Source: Eledone cirrhosa
Lineage: Eukaryota
Assembly: GCA_964016885.1 (NCBI GenBank)
Contig: OZ024753.1
Location: 17,794,001-17,858,000, forward strand
Direction: 5' to 3'
Length of the DNA stretch: 64,000 nucleotides
A program made the position numbers and the translations under genes. The stretch's first letter is position 1, and every line of letters begins with the position of its first letter. This document shows, piece after piece, positions 1 to 14,507 of this stretch. The notes beneath the pieces are model-generated. The model did not search any database. It had not been told where the DNA came from and saw only the letters and a program-made list of their open reading frames with translations.

Positions 1-3000
1 TATTAGCTGTAGTGGTCTGTAGCAATCTGTAGCGGTAGTCTAACTACTAGCTGTAATGGTCTGTAGCACTTGTCTATCTATTAGCTGTAGTGGTCTGTAG
101 CAATCTGTAGCGCTAGTCTAACTACTAGCTGAAGTGTTCTGTAGCACTAGTCTAACTACTAGCTGTAGTGGTCTGTAGCACTAGTCTAACTACTAGCTGT
201 AGTGGTCTGTAGCACTAGTCTAACTACTAGCTGTAGTGGTCTGTAGCACTAGTCTAACTACTAGCTGTAGTTTTCTGTAGCACTAGTCTAACTACTAGCT
301 GTAGTGTTCTGTAGCACTAGTCTAACTACTAGCTGTAGTAGTCTGTAGCACTAGTCTAACTACTAGCTGTAGTGTTCTGTAGCACTAGTTTAACTACTAG
401 CTGTAGTTTTCTGTAGCACTAGTCAAACTACTAGCTGTAGTTGTCTGTAGCACTAGTCTAACTACTAGCTGTAGTGGTCTGTAGCACTTGTCTATCTATT
501 AGCTGTAGTGGTCTGTAGCAATCTGTAGCGCTAGTCTAACTACTAGCTGTAGTGGTCTGTAGCACTAGTCTAACTACTAGCTGTAGTAATATGTAGCACT
601 AGTCTAACTACTAGCTGTAGTGGTCTGTAGCACTAGTCTAACTACTAGCTATAGTTGTCTGTAGCACTAGTCTAACTACTAGTTGTAGTGGTCTGTAACA
701 CTAGTCTAACTACTAGCTGTAGTGGTCTGTAGCACTAGTCCAACTACTAGCTGTAGTTTTCTGTAGCAATCTGTAGTACTAGTCTAACTACTAGCTGTAG
801 TAGTCTGTAGCACTAGTCTAACTACTAACTGTAGTTGTCTGTAGCAATCTGTAGTACTAGACTAACTACTAGCTGTAGTGGTCTGTAGCAATCTGTAGCA
901 CTAGTCTAACTACTAGCTGTAGTAGTCTGTAGCACTAGTCTAACTACTAACTGTAGTTGTCTGTAGCAATCTGTAGTACTAGACTAACTACTAGCTGTAG
1001 TGGTCTGTAGCAATCTGTAGCACTAGTCTAACTACTAGCTGTAGTGATCTGTAGCACTAGTCTAACTACTAGCTGTGGTGGTCTGTAGCACTAGTCTAAC
1101 TACTAGCTGTAGTGTTCTGTATCACTAGTCTAACTACTAGCTGTAGTGTTCTGTATGACTGGTTTAACTACTAGCTGTAGTGTTCTGTAGCACTAGTCTA
1201 ACTACTAGCTGTAGTGGTCTGTAGCACTAGTCTAAATACTAGCTGTAGTTTTCTGTAGCACTAGTCTAACTACTAGCTGTAATGTTCTGCAGCACTAGTC
1301 TAACTGCTAGCTGTAGTGGTCTGTAGCACTAGTCTAACTACTAACTATACTGTTCTGTAGCACTAGTCTAACTACTAGCTGTAGTGGTCTGTAGCACTAG
1401 TCTAACTACTAGCTGTAGTGGTCTGTAACACTAGTCTAACTACTAGCTGTAGTGGTCTGTAGCACTAGTCTAACTACTAGCTGTAGTAATATGTAGCACT
1501 AGTCTAACTACTAGCTATAGTGGTCTGTAGCACTAGTCTAACTACTAGCTGTAGTGGTCTGTAGCACTAGTCTAACTACTGGCTGTAGTGGTCTGTAGCA
1601 CTAGTCTAACTACTAGCTGTAGTTTTCTGTAGCACTAGTCTAACTACTAGCTGTATTGGTCTGTAGCAATCAGTAGCACTAGTCTAACTACTAGCTGTAT
1701 TGGTCTGTAGCAATCAGTAGCACTAGTCTAACTACTAGCTGTAGTAGTCTGTAGCACTAGTCTAACTACTAACTGTAGTTGTCTGTAGCAATCTGTAGCA
1801 CTAGTCTAACTACTAGCTGTAGTGGTCTGTAGCAATCTGTAGCTCTAGTCTAACTACTAGCTGTAGTGGTCTGTAGCACTAGTCTAACTACTAGCTGTGG
1901 TTGTCTGTAGCACTAGTCTAACTACTAGCTGTGGTGGTCTGTAGCACTAGTCTAACTACTAGCTGTAGTGTTCTGTATCACTAGTCTAACTACTAGCTGT
2001 AGTGTTCTGTATCACTAGTCTAACTACTAGCTGTAATGGTCTGTAGCACTAGTCTAACTACTAGCTGTAGTGGTCTGTAGCACTGGTATAACTACTAGCT
2101 GAAGTGGTCTGTAGCACTAGTCTAACTACTAGCTGTAGTGTTCTGTAGCACTAGTCTAACTACTAGCTGTAGTGTTCTGTAGCACTAGTCTAACTACTAG
2201 CTGTAGTGGTCTGTAGCACTAGTTTAACTACTAGCTGTAGTGTTCTGTAGCACTAGTCTAACTACTAGCTGTAGTGGTCTGTAGCACTAGTCTAACTACT
2301 AGCTGTAGTGGTCTGTAGCACTAGTCTAACTACTAGCTGTAGTGTTCTGTAGCACTAGTCTAACTACTAGCTGTAGTGGTCTGTAGCACTAGTCTAACTA
2401 CTAGCTGTAGTGGTCTGTAGCACTAGTCTAACTACTAGCTGTAGTGTTCTGTAGCACTAGTCTAACTACTAGCTGTAGTGTTCTGTAGCACTAGTCTAAC
2501 TACTAGCTGTAGTGTTCTGTAGCACTAGTTTAACTACTAGCTGTAGTGTTATGTAGCACTAGTCTAACTACTAGCTGTAGTGGTCTGTAGCACTAGTCTA
2601 ACTACTAGCTGTAGTGGTCGGTAGAACTAGTCTAACTACTAGCTGTAGTGGTATGAAGCACTAGTCTAACTACTAGCTATAGTGGTCTGTAGCACTAGTC
2701 TAACTACTAGCTGTAGTGTTCTGTAGCACTAGTCTAACTACTAGCTGTAGTGGTCTGTATCAATCTGTAGCGCTAGTCTAACTACTAGCTGTGGTGGTCT
2801 GTAGCACTAGTCTAACTACTAGCTGTAGTGGTCTGCAGCACTAGTCTAACTACTAGCTGTAATGTTCTGTAGCACTAGTCTAACTACTAGCTGTAGTCGT
2901 CTGTAGCACTAGTCTAACTACTAGCTGTAGTGGTTTGTAGCACTTGTCTATCTATTAGCTGTAGTGGTCTGTAGCAATCTGTAGTGCTAGTCTAACTACT

Positions 3001-6000
3001 AGCTGTAGTGGTCTGTAGCACTAGTCTAACTACTAGCTGTAGTAATATGCAGCACTAGTCTAACTACTAGCTGTAGTGGTCTGTAGCACTAGTCTAACTA
3101 CTAGCTATAGTGGTCTGTAGCACTAGTCTAACTACTAGCTGTAGTGGTCTGTAACACTAGTCTAACAACTAGCTGTATTGGTCTGTAGCAATCAGTAGCA
3201 CTAGTCTAACTACTAGCTGTAGTAGTCTGTAGCACTAGTCTAACTACTAACTGTAGTTGTCTGTAGCACTAGTCTAACTACTAGCTGTAGTGTTCTTTAG
3301 CACTAGTCTAACTACTAGCTGTAGTGTTCTATAGCAATCTGTAACACTAGTCTAACTACTAGCTGTAGTGGTTTGTAGCACTTGTCTATCTATTAGCTGT
3401 AGAGGTCTGTAGCAATCTGTAGCGCTAGACTAACTACTAGCTGTAATGGTCTGTAGCACTAGTCTAACTACTAGCTGTAGTGGCCTGTAGCACTAGTCTA
3501 ACTACTAGCTGTAGTGGCCTGTAGCACTAGTCTAACTACTAGCTGTAGTGGTCTGTAGCACTAGTCTAACTACTAGCTGTAGTGTTCTGTAGCACTAGTC
3601 TAACTACTAGCTGTAGTGTTCTGTAGCACTAGTCTAACTACTAGCTGTAGTGGCCTGTAGCACTAGTCTAACTACTAGCTGTAGTGGTCTGTAGCACTAG
3701 TCTAACTACTAGCTGTAGTTTTCTGTAGCACTAGTCTAACTACTAGCTGTAGTGTTCTGTAGCACTAGTCTAACTACTGGCTGTAGTGGTCTGTAGCACT
3801 AGTCTAACTACTAGCTGTAGTGGTCTGTAGCACTAGTCTAACTACTAGCTGTAGTGTTCTGTAGCACTAGTCTAACTACTAGCTGTAGTGTTCTGTAGCA
3901 CTAGTCTAACTACTGGCTGTAGTGGTCTGTAGCACTAGTCTAACTACTAGCTGTAGTTTTCTGTAGCACTAGTCTAACTACTAGCTGTAGTGTTCTGTAG
4001 CACTAGTCTAACTACTGGCTGTAGTGGTCTGTAGCACTAGTCTAACTACTAGCTGTAGTGTTCTGTAGCACTAGTCTAACTAATAGCTGTAGTTGTCTGT
4101 AGCACTAGTCTAACTACTAGCTGTAGTGTTCTGTAGCACTAGTCTAACTACTAGCTGTAGTGTTCTGTAGCAATCTGTAACACTAGTCTAACTACTAGCT
4201 GTAGTGGTCTGTAGCACTAGTCTAACTACTAGCTGTAGTGTTCTGTAGCACTAGTCTAACTACTAGCTGTAGTGGTCTGTAGCACTAGTCTAACTACTAG
4301 CTGTAGTTTTCTGTAGCACTAGTCTAACTACTAGCTGTAGTGGTCTGTAGCAATCTGTATCACTAGTCTAACTACTAGCTGTAGTGTTCTGTAGCACTAG
4401 TCTAACTACTAGCTGTGTTGGTCTGTAGCACTAATCTAACTACTAGCTGTAGTGGTCTGTAGCACTAGTCTAACTACTAGCTGTAATGGTCTGTAGCACT
4501 AGTCTAACTACTAGCTGTAGTTTTCTGTATCACTAGTCTAACTACTAGCTGTAGTGTTCTGTATCACTAGTCTAACTACTAGCTGTAATGGTCTGTAGCA
4601 CTAGTCTAACTACTAGCTGTAGTTGTCTGTAGCAGTGGTCTAACTACTAGCTGAAGTGGTCTGTAGCACTAGTCTAACTACTAGCTGTAGTGGTCTGTAG
4701 CACTAGTCTAAGTACTAGCTGTAGTGGTCTGTAGCACTAGTCTAACTACTAGCTGTAGTGGTCTGTAGTATTAGTCTAACTACGAGCTGTAGTGTTCTGT
4801 AGCACTAGTCTAACTACTAGCTGTAGTGTTCTGTAGCACTAGTCTAACTACTAGCTGTAATGGTCTGTAGCACTAGTCTAACTACTAGCTGTAGTGGTCT
4901 GTAGCACTAGTCTAACTACTAGCTGTAGTGGTCTGTAGCACTAGTCTAACTACTATCTGTAGTGTTCTGTAGCACTAGTCTAACTAATAGCTGTAGTTGT
5001 CTGTAGCACTGTCTAACTAGTAGCTGTAGTGGACTGTAGCACTATTCTACCTACTAGCTGTAGTGGTCTGTAGCACTAGTCTAACTACTAGCTGTAGTGG
5101 TCTGTAGCACTAGTCTAACTACTAGCTGTCGTGGTCTGTAGCACTAGTCTAACTACTAGCTGTAGTGGTCTGTAGCACTATTCTAACTACTAGCTGTAGT
5201 GGTCTGTTGCACTAGTCTAACTACTAGCTGTAGTGTTCTGTAGCACTAGTCTAACTACTAGCTGTAGTGGTCTGTAGCACTAGTCTAACTACTAGCTGTA
5301 GTGTTCTGTAGCACTAGTCTAACTACTAGCTGTAGTGGTCTGTAGCACTAGTCTAACTACTAGCTGTAGTGTTCTGTAGCGTTAGTCTAACTACTAGCTT
5401 TAGTGTTCTGTAGCGTTAGTCTAACTACTAGCTGTAGTGGTCTGTAGCACTAGTCTAACTACTAGCTGTAGTGTTCTGTAGCGTTAGTCTAACTACTAGC
5501 TGTAGTGGTCTGTTGCACTAGTCTAACTACTAGCTGTAGTGGTCTGTTGCACTAGTCTAACTACTAGCTGTGGTGGTCTGTAGCATTAGTCTAACTACTA
5601 GCTGTAATGTTCTGCAGCACTAGTCTAACTACTAGCTGTAGTGGTCTGTAGCACTAGTCTAACTACTAACTATAGTGTTCTGTGGCACTAGTCTAACTAC
5701 TAGCTGTAGTGGTCTGTAGCACTAGTCTAACTACTGTCTGTAGTGGTCTGTAGCACTAATCTAACTACTAGCTGTAGTAATCTATAGCACTAGTCTAACT
5801 ACTAGCTGTACTAATATGTAGCATTACTCTAACTATTAGCTGTAGTGGTCTGTAGCACTAGTCTAACTACTAGCTATAGTGGTCTGTAGCACTAGTCTAA
5901 CTACTAGCTGTAGTGGTCTGTAGCACTAGTCTAACTACTAGCTGTAGTGGTCTGTAGGACTAGTCTAACTACTAGCTGTAGTGGTCTGTAGCACTAGTCT

Positions 6001-9000
6001 AACTACTAGCTGTAGTTTTCTGTAGCACTAGTCTAACTACTAGCTATATTGGTCTGTAGCAATCAGTAGCACTAGTCTAACTACTAGCTGTAGTAGTCTG
6101 TAGCACTAGTCTAACTACTAACTGTAGTTCTCTGTAGCAATCCGTAGCACTAGTCTAACTACTAGCTGTAGTGGTCTGTAACAATCTGTAGCACTAGTCT
6201 AACTACTAGCTGTAGTGGGCTGTAGCACTAGTCTATCTACTAGCTGTGGTGGTCTGTAGCACTAGTCTAACTACTAGCTGTAGTGGTCTGTAGCACTAGG
6301 CTAACTACTAGATGTAGTGTTCTGTAGCACTAGTCTAACTACTAGCTGTAGTGGTCTGTAGCACTAGTCTAACTACTAGCTGTAGTGGTCTGTAGCACTA
6401 GTCTAACTACTAGATGTAGTGTTCTGTAGCACTAGTCTAACTACTAGCTGTAGTGGTCTGTAGCACTAGTCTAACTACTAACTGTAGTGGTCTGTAGCAC
6501 TAGTCTAACTACTAGCTGTAGTGGTCTGTAGCACTACTCTAACTACTAGCTGTAGTGTTCTGTAGTACTAGTCTAACTAATAGCCGTCGTTGTCTGTAGC
6601 ACTAGTCTAACTACTAGCTCTAGTGGTCTGTAGCACTAGTCTAACTACTAGCTCTAGTGGTCTGTAGCACTAGTCTAACTACTATCTCTAGTGGTCTGTA
6701 GCACTAGTCTAACTACTAGCTGTAGTGGTCTGTAGCACTAGTCTAACTACTAGCTGTTGTGTTCTGTAGCACTAGTCTAACTACTAGCTGTAGTGTTCTG
6801 TAGCACTAGTCTAACTACTAGCTGTAGTGTTCTGTAGCACTAGTCTAACTACTAGCTGTAGTGTTCTGTAGCACTAGTCTAACTACTAGCTGTAGTGTTC
6901 TGTAGCACTAGTCTAACTACTAGCTGTAGTGTTCTGTAGCACTAGTCTAACTAATAGCTGTAGTGTTCTGTAACGATCTGTAACACTAGTCTAACTACTA
7001 GCTGTAGTGGTCTGTAGCACTTGTCTATCTATTAGCTGTAGTGGTCTGTAGCACTAGTCTAACTATTAGCTGTAGTGGTCTGTAGCACTAGTCTAACTAC
7101 TAGCTGTAATGGTCTGTAGCACTAGTCTAACTACTAGCTGTAGTTGTCTGTAGTGTTCTGTAGCACTAGTCTAACTACTAGCTGTAGTGTTCTGTAGCAC
7201 TAGTCTAACTACTAGCTGTAGTGTTCTGTAGCACTAGTCTAACTACTATCTGTAGTGTTCTGTAGCACTAGTCTAACTACTAGCTGTAGTGTTCTGTAGC
7301 ACTAGTCTAACTACTAGCTGTAGTGTTCTGTAGCACTAGTCTAACTACTAGCTGTAGTGTTCTGTAGCACTAGTCTAACTACTGGCTGTAGTGGTCTGTA
7401 GCACTAGTCTAACTACTAGCTGTAGTGGTCTGTAGCACTAGTCTAACTACTGGCTGTAGTGGTCTGTAGCACTAGTCTAACTACTAGCTGTAGTGTTCTG
7501 TAGCACTAGTCTAACTAATAGCTGTAGTGTTCTGTAACAATCTGTAACACTAGTCTAACTACTAGCTGTAGTGTTCTGTAGCACTAGTCTAACTACTAGC
7601 TGTAGTAGTCTGTAGCACTAGTCTAACTACTAACTGTAGTTCTCTGTAGCAATCCGTAGCACTAGTCTAACTACTAGCTGTAGTGTTCTGTAGCACTAGT
7701 CTAACTACTAGCTGTAGTGTTCTGTAGCACTAGTCTAACTACTAGCTGTAGTGTTCTGTAGCACTAGTCTAACTACTAGCTGTAGTTTTCTGTAGCACTA
7801 GTCTAACTACTAGCTGTAGTATTCTGTAGCACTAGTTTAACTAATAGCTGTAGTGGTCTGTAGCACTAGTTTAACTACTAGCTGTAGTGTTCTGTAGCAC
7901 TAGTCTAACTACTAGCTGTAGTGGTCTGTAGCACTAGTTTAACTACTAGCTGTAGTGTTCTGTAGCACTAGTCTAACTACTAGCTGTAGTGTTCTGTAGC
8001 ACTAGTTTAACTAATAGCTGTAGTGTTCTGTAGCACTAGTCTAACTACTAGCTGTAGTATTCTGTAGCACTAGTTTAACTACTAGCTGTAGTGTTCTGTA
8101 GCACTAGTTTAACTACTAGCTGTAGTGTTCTGTAGCACTAGTTTAACTAATAGCTGTAGTGTTCTGTAGCACTAGTCTAACTACTAGCTGTAGTTTTCTG
8201 TAGCACTAGTTTAACTACTAGCTGTAGTGTTCTGTAGCACTAGTTTAACTACTAGCTGTAGTGTTCTGTAGCACTAGTCTAACTACTAGCTGTAGTGTTC
8301 TGTAGCACTAGTTTAACTAATAGCTGTAGTGTTCTGTAGCACTAGTCTAACTACTAGCTGTAGTTTTCTGTAGCACTAGTTTAACTACTAGCTGTAGTGT
8401 TCTGTAGCACTAGTTTAACTACTAGCTGTAGTGTTCTGTAGCACTAGTCTAACTACTAGCTGTAGTATTCTGTAGCACTAGTTTAACTACTAGCTGTAGT
8501 GGTCTGTAGCACTAGTCTAACTACTAGCTGTAGTGTTCTGTAGCACTAGTCTAACTACTAGCTGTAGTGTTCTGTAGCACTAGTCTAACTACTAGCTGTA
8601 GTATTCTGTAGCACTAGTTTAACTAATAGCTGTAGTGTTCTGTAGCACTAGTCTAACTACTAGCTGTAGTATTCTGTAGCACTAGTTTAACTAATAGCTG
8701 TAGTGTTCTGTAGCACTAGTATAACTACTAGCTGTAGTGTTCTGTAGCACTAGTCTAACTACTAGCTGTAGTGTTCTGTAGCACTAGTCTAACTACTAGC
8801 TGTAGTATTCTGTAGCACTAGTTTAACTAATAGCTGTAGTGTTCTGTAGCACTAGTCTAACTACTAGCTGTAGTGTTCTGTAGCACTAGTCTAACTACTA
8901 GCTGTAGTGTTCTGTAGCACTAGTCTAACTACTAGCTGTAGTGTTCTGTAGCACTAGTCTAACTACTAGCTGTAGTGTTCTGTAGCACTAGTCTAACTAC

Positions 9001-11569
9001 TAGCTGTAGTGTTCTGTAGCACTAGTCTAACTACTAGCTGTAGTGTTCTGTAGCACTAGTCTAACTACTAGCTGTAGTGTTCTGTAGCACTAGTCTAACT
9101 AATAGCTGTAGTGTTCTGTAGCACTAGTCTAACTACTAGCTGTAGTGTTCTGTAGCACTAGTCTAACTACTAGCTGTAGTGTTCTGTAGCACTAGTCTAA
9201 CTACTAGCTGTAGTGTTCTGTAGCACTAGTCTAACTACTAGCTGTAGTGTTCTGTAGCACTAGTCTAACTACTAGCTGTAGTGTTCTGTAGCACTAGTCT
9301 AACTAATAGCTGTAGTGTTCTGTAGCACTAGTCTAACTACTAGCTGTAGTGTTCTGTAGCACTAGTCTAACTACTAGCTGTAGTGTTCTGTAGCACTAGT
9401 CTAACTACTAGCTGTAGTGTTCTGTAGCACTAGTCTAACTACTAGCTGTAGTGTTCTGTAGCACTAGTCTAACTACTAGCTGTAGTATTCTGTAGCACTA
9501 GTTTAACTAATAGCTGTAGTGTTCTGTAGCACTAGTCTAACTACTAGCTGTAGTATTCTGTAGCACTAGTTTAACTAATAGCTGTAGTGTTCTGTAGCAC
9601 TAGTCTAACTACTAGCTGTAGTGTTCTGTAGCACTAGTCTAACTACTAGCTGTAGTATTCTGTAGCACTAGTTTAACTAATAGCTGTAGTGTTCTGTAGC
9701 ACTAGTCTAACTACTAGCTGTAGTGTTCTGTAGCACTAGTCTAACTACTAGCTGTAGTGTTCTGTAGCACTAGTCTAACTACTAGCTGTAGTGTTCTGTA
9801 GCACTAGTCTAACTACTAGCTGTAGTGTTCTGTAGCACTAGTCTAACTACTAGCTGTAGTGTTCTGTAGCACTAGTCTAACTACTAGCTGTAGTGGTCTG
9901 TAGCACTAGTCTAACTACTAGCTGTAGTATTCTGTAGCACTAGTTTAACTACTAGCTGTAGTGTTCTGTAGCACTAGTCTAACTACTAGCTGTAGTGTTC
10001 TGTAGCACTAGTCTAACTAATAGCTGTAGTGTTCTGTAGCACTAGTCTAACTACTAGCTGTAGTGTTCTGTAGCACTAGTCTAACTACTAGCTGTAGTGT
10101 TCTGTAGCACTAGTCTAACTAATAGCTGTAGTGTTCTGTAACAATCTGTAACACTAGTCTAACTACTAGCTGTAATGGTCTGTAGCACTAGTCTAACTAC
10201 TAGCTGTAGTGGTCTGTAGCACTTGTCTATCTATTAGCTGTAGTGGTCTGTAGCACTAGTCTAACTACTAGCTGTAGTGGTCTGTAGCACTAATCTAACT
10301 ACTAGCTGTAGTGGTCTGTAGCACTAGTCTAACTACTAGCTGTAGTTGTCTGTAGCACTAGTCTAACTACTAGCTGTAATGGTCTGTAGCACTAGTCTAA
10401 CTACTAGCTGTAGTGTTCTGTAGCACTAGTCTAACTACTAGCTGTAGTTGTCTGTAGCACTAGTCTAACTACTATCTATAGTGTTCTGTAGCACTAGTCT
10501 AACTACTAGCTGTAGTTTTCTGTAGCACTGGTCTAACTACTAGCTGTAGTGTTCTGTATCACTAGTTTAACTACTAGCTGTAGTGTTCTGTAGCACTAGT
10601 CTAACTAATAGCTGTAATGGTCTGTAGCACTAGTCTAACTACTAGCTGTAGTTGTCTGTAGCACTAGTCTAACTACTAGCTGTAGCGTTCTGTAGCACTA
10701 GTCTAACTACTAGCTGTAGTGTTCTGTAGCACTAGTCTAACTACTAGCTGTAGCGTTCTGTAGCACTAGTCTAACTACTAGCTGTAGTGTTCTGTAGCAC
10801 TAGTCTAACTACTAGCTGTAGTGTTCTGTAGCACTAGTCTAACTAGTAGCTGTAGTTGTCTGTAGCACTAGTCTAACTACTGGCTGTAGTTGTCTGTAGC
10901 ACTAGTTTAACTACTAGCTGTAGTTGTCTGTAGCACTAGTCTAACTACTAGCTGTAGTGTTCTGTAGCACTAGTCTAACTACTAGCTGTAATGGTCTGTA
11001 GCACTAGTCTAACTACTGGCTGTAGTGGTCTGTAGCACTAGTCTAACTACTAGCTGTAGTAGTCTGTAGCACTAGTCTAACTAGTAGCTGTAGTGTTCTG
11101 TAGCACTAGTCTAACTACTAGCTGTAGTTTTCTGTAGCACTAGTTTAACTACTAGCTGTAGTGTTCTGTAGCACTAGTCTAACTACTAGCTGTAGTTGTC
11201 TGTAGCACTAGTCTAACTACTAGCTGTAGTTGTCTGTAGCACTAGTTTAACTACTAGCTGTAGTTGTCTGTAGCACTAGTCTAACTACTAGCTGTAGTTG
11301 TCTGTAGCACTAGTCTAACTACTAGCTGTAGTTGTCTGTAGCACTAGTTTAACTACTAGCTGTAGTTGTCTGTAGCACTAGTCTAACTACTAGCTGTAGT
11401 TGTCTGTAGCACTAGTCTAACTACTAGCTGTAGTTGTCTGTAGCACTAGTCTAACTACTAGCTGTAGTGTTCCGTAGCAATCTGTAGCACTAGTCTAAAT
11501 ACTAGCTGTAGTGTTCTGTAGTGTTCTGTAGCACTAGTCTATCTACTAGCTGTAGTGGTCTGTAGCAAG
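1..11569. repeat. Tandem satellite, 34-bp unit CACTAGTCTAACTACTAGCTGTAGTG(G/T)TCTGTAG, roughly 330 copies, with occasional 44-bp variants (extra CAATCTGTAG); continues past window start
   Basis: Periodicity read directly; no unique spacers; no ORFs in the track. Confidence 0.98.
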
Positions 11570-11689
11570 GTTTAATTAACTCGCTCCCCTAATCTAGTGA
11601 TCTGTAGCAGTAGTCCTCCAATCCTGGGGATAGAATAGAATGGCATTTGTAATAAAGAACTCCCGATAAAGAAAGATATGGTCATCAGA

Positions 11690-12380
11690 ACTCCCTGCGT
11701 GCAATAACACAATGGCTGACAATGTGTTTGTTGTGCCTGTCCTAATTCCAACGTTTGAAATCCGAGCAATTGATGTTAGAACTTGAAAAATACTAAACAA
11801 CACCGGAAACGTCTACATTAACAGTAACATCTCCCGCCTCTACTTGAAACGCTAGCAGGGACGCAGGGGCCTAACATCAGTCCAGACAGCATCATATCCC
11901 TCCGACAACATCTACAAACCTTGAAGAGGAGGAGCCTGTCTCTCGAGCAAGTCTATCTGCATGAAACAGACAATATCACGAGAGTTGGGAAGGAATACCT
12001 TGAAAGATATTCCCTGTGTGATAATCAAAAACTGACGCCCAGGGAAGTCGCTCAGCAGTACCGCAGTGAATCCATGGATGAAAAACTGCGTGCTTATCAG
12101 CAAAAAATCATGCATGGATATGTTGATAGGAGGCTCCAGAGTGAGAATTATATAGATAAACAAAGTAGTCTATCTTGGACCAACAACCGCCATATTGGCT
12201 CCCACTTTGAAGGATACACTTTTGCAATCCAAGAACAGGAAATCAACACAAAATACCTGATTCACAAAAGAGATAGAGATGCAAGCAAAACACCTAGATG
12301 TGACAAGTGCAGACTCTGCAGAATTAAGATCGAATATGTCACCCATGTCATAGGTAGCTGTTCAAAGATGTCACCATTAC
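11690..12380 (+). pseudogene. Fragment of an R4/Dong-type non-LTR retrotransposon (RT thumb to CCHC zinc knuckle)
   Basis: Translates to EIRAIDVRT*KIL..SNISRLYLKR*QGRRGL, MHGY, FEGYTFAIQEQEINT and CRLC..EYVTHVIGSC; contains stops and a frameshift. Confidence 0.75.
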
Positions 12381-12828
12381 TTCATATACATAAGTGCCAT
12401 AAGTAGAAACAATTATTTCATATACATAATATGATAGAGTGCTGGTGAAATGATTTAGTCATACCCCAATAAAATGCAGGCATAATAGACCAGATATAAT
12501 AATATGGGACAGGAAAAAGAAGGCATGCAGAATAGTGGAAGTTAGCTGGCCACCAGATGCCAATATAATATTCAAGATTAGCGAAAAGGAGAATATTCAA
12601 GATTAGCGAAAAGGAGAAGTAATGGAAACACCTGTCACACGCACATACATACACACGCAGGCAGGCAGGCACGCACGTACACACGCACACACACACACAC
12701 ATCACACACACACTCTCTCTCTCTCTCTCATATATATATATGCATGCATGTAAACAAAAAATTCACACACAGACATAACACATAGTGTTTTTGTATCTCT
12801 GACTCGTTTATTCCCGAACTATATATAT

Positions 12829-13783
12829 ACTAGACATGAAAAATGCGCAAGCTCAAAAGTGCCACAGAATGTTATAATAAACCTTCAAAAGTGTGGGACT
12901 AGAGTTGTTGCTAAAAAATATTGTAATCATTATATATCGTACATTCTGTGGCATCCTTTATTAAAATAGCTTAAACCAACGAAGCCTTTATTTTTACGCT
13001 ATTTCACTTAGTTAATTCTTAGAGTGTAACATATAAAAATATGATTTACAACTATAAAATAAATTAATTAATATAATAACAGAGCTGCGGAGCTGAAATT
13101 TAGGAAATAAGGGAATATCGGATCCTGAGTTGGAGCCAGTCAATTTTTGGCCGACTCCGCAGCCCTGTATAATAATTTCATATTAAAGTTATTAATAAAC
13201 CTATTTTACACTGCATGCAAATTACCATGAGATATTGATATTAGATATAAGATACAGCGCAATATCTACAGCTGTAAAAGTACGAAAGCGAAGTAATAAT
13301 AAGTGGCTTAAGGTAATTCCAATATGAAAGTTTGTAATGATAAAAATTTGATAATGCAATACGATTGTTAATATTATAGTTCTATGAAAATGTAACAATA
13401 GATAACTAAATTATTTTACTATTAGTATATTTAAGAAATTATCATTATAGATTTGATCGTTCATATAAGCATCATATTAATTTTCAACACAATTATTTTG
13501 TTACTATGAGTATATGATAATAATATTACGTAATTATTTATAGCTGTTATTACATTAAACATAGATGTATTTATTTTTATGTTACACTCTAAGAATTAAC
13601 TAAGTGAAATAGCGTAAAAATAAAGGCTTCGTTGGTTTAAGCTATTTTTTATAAAGGATGCCACAGAATGTACGATATATAATGATTACAATATTTTTTA
13701 GCAACAACTCTAGTCCCACACTTTTGAAGGTTTATTATAACATTCTGTGGCACTTTTGAGCTTGCGCATTTTTCATGTCTAGT
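12829..13783. mobile_element. Non-autonomous foldback/MITE-like element with about 205-bp near-perfect terminal inverted repeats (ACTAGACATG...CATGTCTAGT)
   Basis: 12829-13035 is the reverse complement of about 13577-13783; AT-rich non-coding interior. Confidence 0.85.
13080..13167. mobile_element. 88-bp hAT-type MITE nested in the foldback element
   Basis: TIRs CAGAGCTGCGGAG / CTCCGCAGCCCTG; exact 8-bp TSD TATAATAA at 13072-13079 and 13168-13175. Confidence 0.85.
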
Positions 13784-14336
13784 TTAATATTTTTTTAAGG
13801 CAACGCTTGTAATAACTCTAGTTAAAGAGGATATATATTAATAATAAATTATCGTTGTAATGTAATTAGATTATGTAATTGTTATTATAAATTATCTTAT
13901 AAATATTAGTGTAAGATGTATAAAAATATTTTCAGACTTTTAATATAAACAACTACAAAAAACAATCAATATTAAATCAATATATTATACATAATAGAAA
14001 ACATAAAATAAACAATACAAAAACAAAATATTTACATACAATTGCAATTATCAGTGTATATACATTTTCTTTATATTCCCTGAGCAAATTAATAAGATTT
14101 GTTTTTATTGTACATAATTTGATGACTTGTTGGAGTGTATTAAAAGATAGCAACAATTTGTGATTAAATTGTTATCTTAAGCAACTCACTTTTTAATAGT
14201 TGTTGGCTGAGCGAAATTGTAAAAGCCTATGAGCAAATATAAAAAAAAATACACAAACAACATTTCCTTGTGTTATTACAACATTAGATAAAATAATTGA
14301 GCAATGTCGTTATATTTTGCTCTTATTGCACATTAA

Positions 14337-14507
14337 TAGTGTTTCTATTTTTCGGCACAAATCCATTACGGCAGTCCATTACTGGTACTTTATTTTATCG
14401 AATTAGTAAGTATGAAAGTCGAAGTTAACCTCGGCAGGATTTGAACTTAGAATGCAAAGGACCATAACAATACTGCAAAGCATGGTGTCTGACGCTCTAC
14501 CAATACT
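14337..14507 (-). mobile_element. tRNA-derived SINE, degenerate copy
   Basis: Matches other copies (ACTGGTACTTTATTTTATC...CCTCGGCAGGATTTGAACT). Confidence 0.75.

Noticed and set aside
1-11569. CRISPR-like array (34-bp repeat)
   Set aside because: Units are contiguous with no unique spacers, there are no cas genes, and the context is eukaryotic.
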